Assembly: GCA_038252405.1 (NCBI GenBank)
Contig: JBBSAJ010000003.1
Span: forward strand, 72,381-136,380
Origin: Actinomycetes bacterium
GTDB taxonomy: Bacteria > Actinomycetota > Actinomycetes > Prado026
DNA length: 64,000 bases
Direction: 5' to 3'
In this document: in pieces, positions 20,648 to 29,400 of the stretch
Numbering within the stretch: the stretch's first letter is position 1
How the letters are laid out: each line of letters opens with the position of its first letter
Made by a program: the position numbers and the translations under genes
Notes under the pieces: model-generated
Told to the model about the DNA's origin: nothing
Database searches by the model: none
What the model saw: the letters and a program-made list of their open reading frames with translations, nothing else

Positions 20648-21100
20648 TCACTGAGGACGGGAGTCGCTGCGACGGACCCAAGTGAACCCGTGAGTAGGCG
20701 AGATGAGTCCAGCCTCGAGCGGACCACCGACGGTCTCCATCTCCGCCTGGGTCATCTGACGCAGCACCTGAAGACCAACCAGCGCCTCCGCGACACCTGC
20801 CAGGTTGGCTGCAGGCAGGGAGGCGACAGTGCCGATCATGGGGCGCACGAAGTTCTCCCAGGACAACTGCTCGAAGTCGTCATCCAGCGACTTGTGCGCC
20901 TGGCTTTCCAGCGCCGTCACTACCTCACGTCGGTCCGCATCGTCAAGCCCACTCCGAAGCTCTTCCAGCGTGGCGTTCAATCGATCATGCGCCTGACTCA
21001 GGAACGAGGGGTGGTACGCGCGAAGGAAGGTGCGGACCGCCTCGGTCGTTCCATAGGGAAGGAAGGTGCCAGGCAGATCTGGCTCCCTCCCGGTCAGCAC
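20648..21100 (-). pseudogene. C-terminal fragment of a conserved hypothetical (Ntn-hydrolase/proteasome-like) protein
   Basis: Ends AEALVGL...ETVGGPLEAGLISPTHGFTWVRR, recalled as the ETVGGPID...GFxW family terminus; N-terminus absent. Confidence 0.45.
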
Positions 21101-21180
21101 GGACCGCAAGCGGGGGGCTCGGCCGCCACCGCGCGGCTCTCCCGCTCGTCGACCATCACGCTCCCGCCTCCTTCACTGAG

Positions 21181-21214
21181 GAGGCCCCCACCCCCGGCCG
21201 GGAGTGGGGGCCTC
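21181..21214. terminator. GC-rich hairpin downstream of nrdJ
   Basis: GAGGCCCCCAC / GTGGGGGCCTC arms. Confidence 0.5.
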
Positions 21215-21234
21215 ACTGCCCATCTATCTCTTCT

Positions 21235-21262
21235 ACCTTCTACTTCGCGTGAAGTAGAAGGT
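21235..21262. promoter_or_regulatory. Perfect palindrome, candidate operator
   Basis: ACCTTCTACTTC-GCGT-GAAGTAGAAGGT, next to a minus-strand TTGACA (21264-21269). Confidence 0.55.
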
Positions 21263-21327
21263 TTGTCAACGGTGCAACCCTTGACAAAACCGTGCAACCG
21301 GCCATGACAGAACGGTGCAACTGCACA
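21262..21327 (-). mobile_element. Orphan transposon-end-like sequence (TGT terminus plus three repeats)
   Basis: Minus strand right after the nrdJ TGA: TGTGCA-GTTGCACCGTTCTGTCA-6nt-GTTGCACGGTTTTGTCA-3nt-GTTGCACCGTTGACAAA. Confidence 0.55.
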
Positions 21328-24195
21328 TCAGCTGCAGCCGCTGGTCGCGCCACACCCCTCGCAGACGTAGCAGCTGCCGGCCGGGCGCATCTTGGTGCCG
21401 CAGGTGAAGCACATCGGCGCGTCGGCCGCGGTTCCGGTGAGCTTCTCCATCAGCTCGGCCGAGGAGTGCACACCCGCCGGGGCCGGCTCGGCCACCGCGT
21501 GACGCTCGACCGGCGCCGGGGCCAACGCCTCGACCACCGGCGTCACCGGTACGGACTGGGCCAGTGACTCGAGATCCTCGTCCCCGACCTCCAGCGGCCC
21601 GTAGGAGCCGGTGTCCAGGGCCCGGGTGCGCTCCTCAGCGGTGTGGATGCCGAGGGCGGACCGCTCGTCGAAGGGCAGGTAGTCCAGGGCCAGTCGCCGG
21701 AAGATGTAGTCCATGATCGACTGAGCCATCCGGACGTCCGGGTCGTCGGTCATCCCGGCCGGCTCGAACCGCAGGTTGGTGAACTTGGTGACGAAGGTCT
21801 CCAGCGGCACGCCGTACTGGAGCCCGATGGACACCGCGATCGAGAAGGCGTCCATGACACCAGCCAGGGTCGAACCCTGCTTGCCCAGCTTGAGGAACAC
21901 CTCGCCGAGACCGTTGTCCGGGTACGACCCGGCGGTCATGTAGCCCTCGGCACCACCCACCGTGAACGACGTGGTGATCGACGGGCGGGACTTCGGCAGC
22001 CGCTTGCGGGTCGCCCGGTGCTCCACCGTCGTCGCGCTGGACAGCGCCTCCACCGCGGAGTCCGCACCCTTGGCCTTCGCGTCGGACAGCGGCTGGCCGA
22101 CCTTGCAGTTGTCCCGGTAGACCGCCAGCGCCTTCAGACCGAGCTTCCAGCCCTGCAGGTAGACGTCCTCGATCTCCTCGACGGTGGCCGACTCGGGCAG
22201 GTTCACCGTCTTCGAGATCGCACCGGAGATGAACGGCTGGACGGCGGCCATCATCCGCACGTGGCCCATGGGCGCGATCGAGCGGGCACCCATCGCGCAG
22301 TCGAACACCTCGTAGTGCTCCTGGCGCAGCCCAGGCGCGTCGATCACGTGCCCGTGCTCGGCGATGTGCTCGACGATCGCCTCGATGGTCTCCTCGGAGT
22401 AGCCGAGCTTGCGCAGCGCCCGCGGAATCGTCTGGTTGACGATCTGCATCGAGCTGCCGCCCACGAGCTTCTTGAACTTCACCAGGGAGAAGTCCGGCTC
22501 GATGCCCGTGGTGTCGCAGTCCATCATGAAGCCGATCGTGCCGGTGGGAGCCAGCACCGAGGCCTGCGCGTTGCGCCAGCCGTTCTTCGCGCCGATCTCC
22601 AGGCACTTCTTCCAGGCCTTGGTCGCCTCGGTCTTGATGGCGCCGTCCATGTGGCCCAGCGTGCGGATCTCGTCGTTGGCCGCCGCATGCTTGCGCATCA
22701 CCCGCGCGTGCGGCGCGGCGTTGCGGGCGTAGCCCTCGTACGGGCCCACCACGCCGGCCAGCTCGGCGCTGCGCTTGTACGCCGTCCCGGTCATCAGGCT
22801 GGTGATGGACGCCGCCAGCCCACGGCCGCCATCGGAGTCGTACGCGTGCCCGGTCGCCATGAGCAGCGCGCCCAGGTTCGCGTAGCCGATGCCCAGCTGG
22901 CGGTACTTGACCGTGGTGTCGCCGATCGCCTCGGTCGGGAAGTCCGCGAAGCAGATCGAGATGTCCATCGCGGTGATGATGAACTCGACCGCCTTCGCGA
23001 AGGTCGCCGCGTCGAAGGTGTCGTCCTCCCTGAGGAACTTCAGCAAGTTGAGGCTGGCGAGGTTGCAGGAGGAGTTGTCCAGGCTCATGTACTCCGAGCA
23101 CGGGTTGGACGCGGTGATCCGGCCGGTCTCCGGGTTGGTGTGCCAGTCGTTGATCGTGTCGTCGTACTGGATGCCCGGGTCGGCGCACTCCCACGCGGCG
23201 CGGGAGATCTTCTCGAACAGGTTGCCAGCGTCGACGGTCTCGATGACCTCGCCGGTCTTGCGGGCCCGCAGCCCGAACGTGTTGCCCTCCTCGACCGCGC
23301 GCATGAACTCGTCGCTGACTCGGACCGAGTTGTTCGCGTTCTGGTACTGGACGCTGGTGATGTCCTTGCCACCGAGGTCCATGTCGTACCCGGCGTCGCG
23401 CAGCGCGCGGATCTTGTTCTCCTCGCGCGCCTTGGTCTCGATGAACTCCTCGATGTCGGGGTGGTCGACGTCGAGCACGACCATCTTGGCCGCGCGCCGG
23501 GTGGCGCCGCCGGACTTGATGGTGCCGGCGGAGGCGTCCGCGCCGCGCATGAAGGACACCGGGCCGGAGGCCGTGCCGCCGGAGGACAGCAGCTCCTTGC
23601 TGGAGCGGATCCGGGACAGGTTGAGCCCGGCGCCGGAGCCACCCTTGAAGATCAGCCCCTCCTCCCGGTACCAGTTGAGGATGGAGTCCATCGTGTCGTC
23701 GACGGCGAGGATGAAACACGCGGACACTTGCTGAGGGGACGACGTCCCGACGTTGAACCACACGGGTGAGTTGAAGCTGAACACCTGGTGCAGAAGCATC
23801 CAGGTCAGCTCGTGCTCGAAGATCTCCGCGTCGGTGTCGGCGGCGAAGTAGCCGTACTCCTTGCCCGCCTTGGTGTAGGTGAGCACCACGCGGTCGATGA
23901 GCTGGCGCAGCGACCACTCGCGCTGGTCGGTGCCGACCGCGCCGCGGAAGTACTTGGTGGTGACGATCGTGGACGCGTTCAGCGACCAGTAGTCGGGGAA
24001 CTCCACCCCGCGCTGCTCGAAGACGTTCTCGCCGGTCTTCCAGTTGGTCTGGACGACGTCGCGCCGCTCCCAGGTCACCTCGTCATAGGGGTGCACCCCG
24101 GCCGTGGTGTACAGCCGCTCCATTGTCAGTCGCTTGCCCTTGATCACCTGTGGCTTGTCCCCTGCCTGGGAGGCCCCGCTCACGGTCTCAGTCAT
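21328..24195 (-). CDS. nrdJ: Vitamin B12-dependent (class II) ribonucleotide reductase
   Basis: FNSPVWFN, SACFI, ASNPCSE, APTGTI, GAISKTVN; C-terminal TSCPD and CxxC...CxxC. Confidence 0.97.
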   Translation of the reverse strand: MTETVSGASQAGDKPQVIKGKRLTMERLYTTAGVHPYDEVTWERRDVVQTNWKTGENVFEQRGVEFPDYWSLNASTIVTTKYFRGAVGTDQREWSLRQLIDRVVLTYTKAGKEYGYFAADTDAEIFEHELTWMLLHQVFSFNSPVWFNVGTSSPQQVSACFILAVDDTMDSILNWYREEGLIFKGGSGAGLNLSRIRSSKELLSSGGTASGPVSFMRGADASAGTIKSGGATRRAAKMVVLDVDHPDIEEFIETKAREENKIRALRDAGYDMDLGGKDITSVQYQNANNSVRVSDEFMRAVEEGNTFGLRARKTGEVIETVDAGNLFEKISRAAWECADPGIQYDDTINDWHTNPETGRITASNPCSEYMSLDNSSCNLASLNLLKFLREDDTFDAATFAKAVEFIITAMDISICFADFPTEAIGDTTVKYRQLGIGYANLGALLMATGHAYDSDGGRGLAASITSLMTGTAYKRSAELAGVVGPYEGYARNAAPHARVMRKHAAANDEIRTLGHMDGAIKTEATKAWKKCLEIGAKNGWRNAQASVLAPTGTIGFMMDCDTTGIEPDFSLVKFKKLVGGSSMQIVNQTIPRALRKLGYSEETIEAIVEHIAEHGHVIDAPGLRQEHYEVFDCAMGARSIAPMGHVRMMAAVQPFISGAISKTVNLPESATVEEIEDVYLQGWKLGLKALAVYRDNCKVGQPLSDAKAKGADSAVEALSSATTVEHRATRKRLPKSRPSITTSFTVGGAEGYMTAGSYPDNGLGEVFLKLGKQGSTLAGVMDAFSIAVSIGLQYGVPLETFVTKFTNLRFEPAGMTDDPDVRMAQSIMDYIFRRLALDYLPFDERSALGIHTAEERTRALDTGSYGPLEVGDEDLESLAQSVPVTPVVEALAPAPVERHAVAEPAPAGVHSSAELMEKLTGTAADAPMCFTCGTKMRPAGSCYVCEGCGATSGCS

Positions 24196-24312
24196 CTTCT
24201 GCCGTTCCTCCTGTTGAACAACGTCCGGATCGGTACCGGGCTTCCCGTCCGGCGGGGGTGGTGAGTGGGGAAGGGGAACTCGGTGGTGGTGCTGAAGGTG
24301 CAGGGTGCTGCT

Positions 24313-24792
24313 TCAGGTACTGGGCACTTCGGGCCGGGTGGACACGTCTCGTTCGGCGCGCAGCAGCGCGATCTCGGCGTCGAAGTCCTCGAGGGAGTCG
24401 AAGCTGCGGTACACCGACGCGAACCGCAGGTAGGCCACCTCGTCGAGCTCTCGCAGCGGACCGAGGATGGCCAGGCCGACGTCGTGCGCGTCGATCTCAG
24501 CCGCGCCGGACGCCCGGACGACCTCCTCGACCCGTTGGGCGAGCAACGCCAACTGGTCCTCGGTGACCGGGCGGCCCTGACAGGCCTTGCGCACGCCGGC
24601 CAGCACCTTGGCCCGGGAGAACGACTCGGTGGCCCCGGAACGCTTGACCACGGTGAGGCTCGCGGTCTCGACCGTGGTGAAGCGACGGTTGCACTCCGGG
24701 CACTGCCGACGGCGGCGGATCGCGGTGCCGTCGTCGGTGACTCGGGAGTCGACCACGCGGGAGTCGGCGTGCCGACAGAACGGGCAGTGCAT
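24313..24792 (-). CDS. nrdR: Transcriptional repressor NrdR
   Basis: MHCPFC...[10 protein letters not shown]...RFTT; AYLRFASVY. Confidence 0.97.
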   Translation of the reverse strand: MHCPFCRHADSRVVDSRVTDDGTAIRRRRQCPECNRRFTTVETASLTVVKRSGATESFSRAKVLAGVRKACQGRPVTEDQLALLAQRVEEVVRASGAAEIDAHDVGLAILGPLRELDEVAYLRFASVYRSFDSLEDFDAEIALLRAERDVSTRPEVPST

Positions 24793-24811
24793 CGGGACCG
24801 ACCCCCTCCCC

Positions 24812-24886
24812 TGTGGACCAGGCTGTGGACCAGGCTGTGGACCGCCTGTTGAGAACCTGTGGGCACTGACCACAACCTGTGGATGA
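24812..24886. promoter_or_regulatory. Array of DnaA-box-like nonamers in the nrdR leader
   Basis: TGTGGACCA (24812, 24824), TGTGGACCG (24836), TGTTGAGAA (24847), TGTGGGCAC (24858), TGTGGATGA (24878) compared with the actinobacterial box TGTGGACAA/TGTGGATAA. Confidence 0.5.
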
Positions 24887-24916
24887 ACTACATCGATGTA
24901 ACCACTAGATGTAGGG
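24869..24916. promoter_or_regulatory. Tandem NrdR boxes
   Basis: ACCACAACCTGTGGAT (24869-24884) and ACCACTAGATGTAGGG (24901-24916), 32 nt apart, upstream of nrdR-nrdJ. Confidence 0.7.
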
Positions 24917-24991
24917 GGAACCGTAGGACGCGATCGGGCCGCTGTCCAGTCCATCCGCGCGCGTCGTGGCGCGTCGGCGTGTCGCCGCAGG

Positions 24992-25309
24992 TCAGGCGGG
25001 GATGACGAGCCGCTGGCCGGCCTGCAGCACCTCGGTGCGCATGTCGTTGAGCTCGCGGATGCGGTCCACGGTGGCCCGCGGGTCGTCCTGCGGTGCGACC
25101 TGCACGGCCAGCTGCCACAGCGTCTGGCCCGGCTGCACGGTGACCGCCCGGGTGGCCGAGCCGGTCGGCTCGGTGCCGGCCTGCGAGGCGACGCGACCGA
25201 TCGAGAAGGCCAGGAGGGCCACCGCCGCCACCAGGAGCACGAGGATCGCCCGGCCGCGACGGGTCAGACGCACGGAACTGCTGCTGGGGCTGATCGGGTT
25301 GGTGCTCAT
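24992..25309 (-). CDS. Membrane-anchored LysM protein (ChiZ/YneA-like SOS cell-division inhibitor)
   Basis: [10 protein letters not shown] helix, [13 protein letters not shown]...IRELN...[10 protein letters not shown]; divergent from lexA. Confidence 0.88.
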   Translation of the reverse strand: MSTNPISPSSSSVRLTRRGRAILVLLVAAVALLAFSIGRVASQAGTEPTGSATRAVTVQPGQTLWQLAVQVAPQDDPRATVDRIRELNDMRTEVLQAGQRLVIPA

Positions 25310-25329
25310 CGGGGCCTCCGGGGAAGGGG

Positions 25330-25427
25330 TCGAACCTGTGTTCGATCGAACGCCTGTACGAGGTATACACCGGGGAGCCGACGAAATCCAGCGACACTTC
25401 GAACAGGTGTTTGAAACGGGTGTTCGA
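25330..25427. promoter_or_regulatory. LexA (SOS) box cluster
   Basis: TCGAACCTGTGTTCGA (25330), TCGAACGCCTGTACGA (25346), TCGAACAGGTGTTTGA (25399), TGAAACGGGTGTTCGA (25412). Confidence 0.85.
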
Positions 25428-25496
25428 CTGCGCGTACGGTTGCGGTCACCGGACCAGCGTGGCCGGGGGGTCCGACAAGTTCGGCTGGAGGCAGAC

Positions 25497-26213
25497 GTGA
25501 GCAGCAAGCGGCGCGGCGACGAGGGCACGGCCGAGACGGCTGACCTGAGGGACACCGTGCGGGAGATCCCCGACGGTCCCCCCGACGAGTCCGGCCTGAC
25601 CCCGCGGCAGCGCCGCGTGCTCGAGGTGATCAAGGACGCCGTGGAGCGCCGTGGCTACCCGCCGTCGATGCGCGAGATCGGCAAGGCGGTCGGGCTCACC
25701 TCGCCGTCCTCGGTGGCCCACCAGCTGCACACGCTGGAGCGCAAGGGGTTCATCCGCCGCGACCCGAACCGGCCGCGAGCCATCGAGGTGGTCGCCCCCG
25801 ACAGCGTCGACGAGACCGGCAGCGGCGACGCGCGCCCGGCGCCGTCCTACGTGCCGATCCTCGGCCGGATCGCCGCGGGCGGACCCATCCTGGCCGAGGA
25901 GGCGGTGGAGGACGTCTTCCCGCTGCCCCGCCAGCTCGTCGGCGACGGCACCCTGTTCCTGCTTCGGGTGGTCGGCGACTCGATGGTCGACGCGGCGATC
26001 TGCGACGGCGACTGGGTGGTGGTGCGCCAGCAGCCCACCGCCGACAACGGCGACATCGTGGCTGCCATGCTCGACGGCGAGGCGACGGTCAAGACGTTCA
26101 AGCGCAAGGACGGCCACCTGTGGCTGCTGCCGCACAACCCGGCCTACTCCCCCATCGACGGCGACTACGCCACGATCCTGGGCAAGGTCACTGCGGTGCT
26201 GCGCCGGATCTGA
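25497..26213 (+). CDS. lexA: SOS repressor LexA
   Basis: [14 protein letters not shown] cleavage site, GDSM (Ser), ATVK (Lys); GTG start after GGAGG. Confidence 0.97.
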   Translation: MSSKRRGDEGTAETADLRDTVREIPDGPPDESGLTPRQRRVLEVIKDAVERRGYPPSMREIGKAVGLTSPSSVAHQLHTLERKGFIRRDPNRPRAIEVVAPDSVDETGSGDARPAPSYVPILGRIAAGGPILAEEAVEDVFPLPRQLVGDGTLFLLRVVGDSMVDAAICDGDWVVVRQQPTADNGDIVAAMLDGEATVKTFKRKDGHLWLLPHNPAYSPIDGDYATILGKVTAVLRRI

Positions 26214-26426
26214 GCGGCCTGGTGGGAGACCGCCGCAAGGCATCTCGCGAGGTCGGTACTCGCCCCCAGTGAGCGCTGCATCACTGACGGCGAGCACTGT
26301 TTCCGAGAGGTCGCCGAGACGGCGTACGGCCCCCGAACCGGGGGGCTTGCGAACTGACGGGGGGCACGGCACGCTGCCAGGATTCCGGTCCGGACCCGGA
26401 AGCGGCGCGGGAGGGACGGAGCCACG

Positions 26427-29400
26427 GTGGTCGTCGACGCATCCGAGCAGGTGGTCGACCGCCCGCCGAGCCTGGTCGAGGACAGCGCCTCGGAGCGGCT
26501 GAAGCCCTACGTGCCGCGGCTGGCCGTCGACTGGCTGCGCCACCACCCGGAACGCACCTACCAGGAGGTCGAGGGCAGCCTCGCCTTCGTCGACATCTCC
26601 GGCTTCACCAAGCTGACCGAGCGCCTGGCCCGCAAGGGCAAAGTCGGCGCGGAGGAGATGAGCGACACCCTCAACGCCACCTTCGCAGCACTGCTGGAGG
26701 TGGCCTACCACGACGGCGCCGGCCTGGTGAAGTGGGGCGGCGACGCCGTGCTGCTGCTGTTCGACGGTCCGCTGCACGCCAAGCGCGCCGCTCGCGCCGC
26801 CTACCGCATGCGGGCCACCATGAGAACGATCGGTCGGCTGCGGACCAGCGCCGGCCAGGTCAGCTTGCGCATGTCGGTGGGTATCCACAGCGGTACGTTC
26901 CACTTCTTCCTGGTGGGCGACCCGGCCTACCACCGCGAGCTCATCGTCTCCGGCCCCGCGGCGTCCATGACTGCGGACATGGAGGCCACCGCGGACGCCG
27001 GCGAGATCGGCCTCTCCCCTGCGACCGCAGCGCAGCTCGATCCGCGCTGCGTGGGGCAGCCCAAGGGTGCGGCACTCCTGCTGCGCGGCGAACCGGGCAT
27101 CCCGATCCTCGGGGTCCCGCCCGGGAAAGAGGTGCACGACCTGGACCTGGCCGGAATCCTGCCGGTGGCCATCCGCGAACACCTGCTGGCCCAGCCCGGC
27201 GAGGCGGAGCACCGCACAGTCGCGGTCGCCTTCGTACAGTTCTCCGGGACCGACGCGCTGCTCGAGCGGGAGGGCCCGCAGGCGCTGGCCGACGCGCTGC
27301 ACGAGGTGATGGCCAACGTCCAGCAGGCGACCGCCAGCCACGGCGTCACCTTCTTCGAGACCGACATCAACCGCGACGGCGGCAAGATCATGCTCACCGC
27401 CGGCGCCCCGGTCAGCCGCGGCCACGAAGAGGACCGGATGCTGCGGGCGGCCCGGCTGGTCATCGAGCGGGCCGGCACCCTGCCGCTACGGATCGGCGTC
27501 AACCGCGGGCCGGTGTTCTCCGGCGACTTCGGGCCGTTCTTCCGCCGCACCTATTCGGTCAAGGGTGACGCCATCAACCTGGCGGCCCGGGTGATGGGCA
27601 AGGCCGCAGCGGGCGAGGTGCTGGCCACCCAGGCCGTGCTCGACCGGGCCCGGACCTCGTTCGCCACCGAACCGCTACCCCCGTTCCTGGTCAAGGGCAA
27701 GTCCCAGCCGGTGCACGCCCGCCGGGTCGGGCCCGTGGTCGCGGATGTCCAGCAGCCAGCTGGCTTCGGTGACAGAGAGCTGCCACTGGTCGGGCGGGAT
27801 GCGGAGCTGGCCGTGCTCACCGCGGCCATCGACGACGCGCGCCAGCGCCGCGGTCGGCTGGTCGAGCTGATCGGTGAGCCGGGGATCGGCAAGTCCCGGC
27901 TGGTGGCCGAGCTGCGCTCCCTCGCCGACGACGTCGACGTGCTGTTCACGACGTGCGAGGAGTACGAGTCGACCACGCCCTACTTCCCGTTCCGGGCGCT
28001 GCTGCGCAGCCTGCTGGGGCTGTCCCGGGACGTGCCCCCCGAGATTGCCTACCGCAGGCTGCACCAGCGGGTGGCCGTGAACACCCCCGACCTGGTGCCC
28101 TGGCTGCCCCTTGTCGGCATCCCGCTCGACGTCGCCGTCCCCGAGACCGAGGAGACCCGACGGCTCGACCCCCGCTTCCGCAAGGCGCGGGTCGAGGAGG
28201 TCACCACCGAGCTGCTGGAGCTGCTGCTGCCCACGCCGACGCTGCTCGTCTTCGACGACGTCCATCTCATGGACGACGCCAGCGTCGACCTGGTTCGGCA
28301 CCTCGTCGCGGGTGTCGCGCAGCGACCGTGGATGGTGCTCACCACCCGGCGTGACAATCAGCCGGACGGCTACGCGGCCGAGCCGGGACGGGCCACCGAG
28401 GTCCGCCCGCAACCGCTCGACCCAGCGGCGGCGCTGGCCCTGGTGTCCGTGTCCACCGAGCACGAACCGCTGCCGCCGCACGAGATGCAGGCCCTGGCTC
28501 GACGAGCCGGCGGGAACCCCCTGTTCCTGCGGGGGCTGGTGCTCGCCGCCCAGCAGACCGGCTCGATCGACGGGCTGCCCGACTCCGTCGAGGACCTCAT
28601 CACTGCGCAGATCGACCGGCTGACGCCGAGTGAGCGCACCCTGCTGCGATACGCCTCGGTCCTCGGCGCGACCTTCACGACCACCCAGCTCGAGGCGATG
28701 CTCGACGGCGAGCCGGTGACGGTCGACGCCCAGGCCCTGCGGCGGCTACAGGCATTCCTGGTGCCAGCGGGGGCCGACCGGTACGGGTTCCGGCACGCGC
28801 TGATCCGTGACACCGCCTACGAGGGCCTCCCGTACCGACAGCGGCGCCGGCTGCACGACCGCGTAGGGACGACGCTGGAGGCCGCCGCCGATACCCCAGA
28901 GGACCAGTCGGAGCTGTTGTCCCTGCACTTCTTCCACGCCGGGCGATCGGACAAGGCGTGGCACTACTCGCGCGTCGCCGGCGAGCGCGCCGCCGCCAAG
29001 TACGCCTACGTGGAGGCCGCCGAGCTGTACGCCCGAGCGGTCGAGGCCGCCCGCGAAGTGCCCGGCCTACCCGGCTCCGAGCTCGCTTTGGCGCACGAGT
29101 CCCTCGGCAACGCACGGTTTCGGATCGGCGCCCTGCCCGGTGCCCGGACCGCCTTCCGACAGGCCAGGGGCCTGGTCCCCGACGACCCGGTGCGGACGGC
29201 CGACCTGCTTCGCAAGGAGGCCGAGGTCGACCAGCGGCTGAATCAGCTCACCTCGGCGCTGCGAGCGCTCTCCCGAGCGATGAGGCTGCTCGAGCAGGGT
29301 GACCCGGGAGACGTCGCCGTCCTCGCCGAGCGCAGCCGCCTCGAGGGGTTCTACGCCGTCGTCCGCCAAAACCAGGGCCGCTATCGCGAGTCGCTGCGAT

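Noticed and set aside
1-21200. Partner (left) end for the putative transposon end next to nrdJ
   Set aside because: By-eye scan found no TGT-initiated GTTGCAC...TGTCA array or TCAGC-TGT junction; it may be deleted or lie outside the window
21262-21327. Repeat trio as a mini-CRISPR
   Set aside because: Spacers are only 3-6 nt and no cas genes are present
21328-24195. Intein or intron in nrdJ (also checked recA)
   Set aside because: Both proteins have normal length and continuous motifs, with no intein splice-junction signatures
24196-24312. Cobalamin riboswitch ahead of nrdJ
   Set aside because: Too short, and no convincing B12-box or full conserved core was recognisable
24812-24846. 12-bp tandem repeat as a CRISPR or coding repeat
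   Set aside because: No spacers; it lies upstream of the true nrdR ATG (24792)
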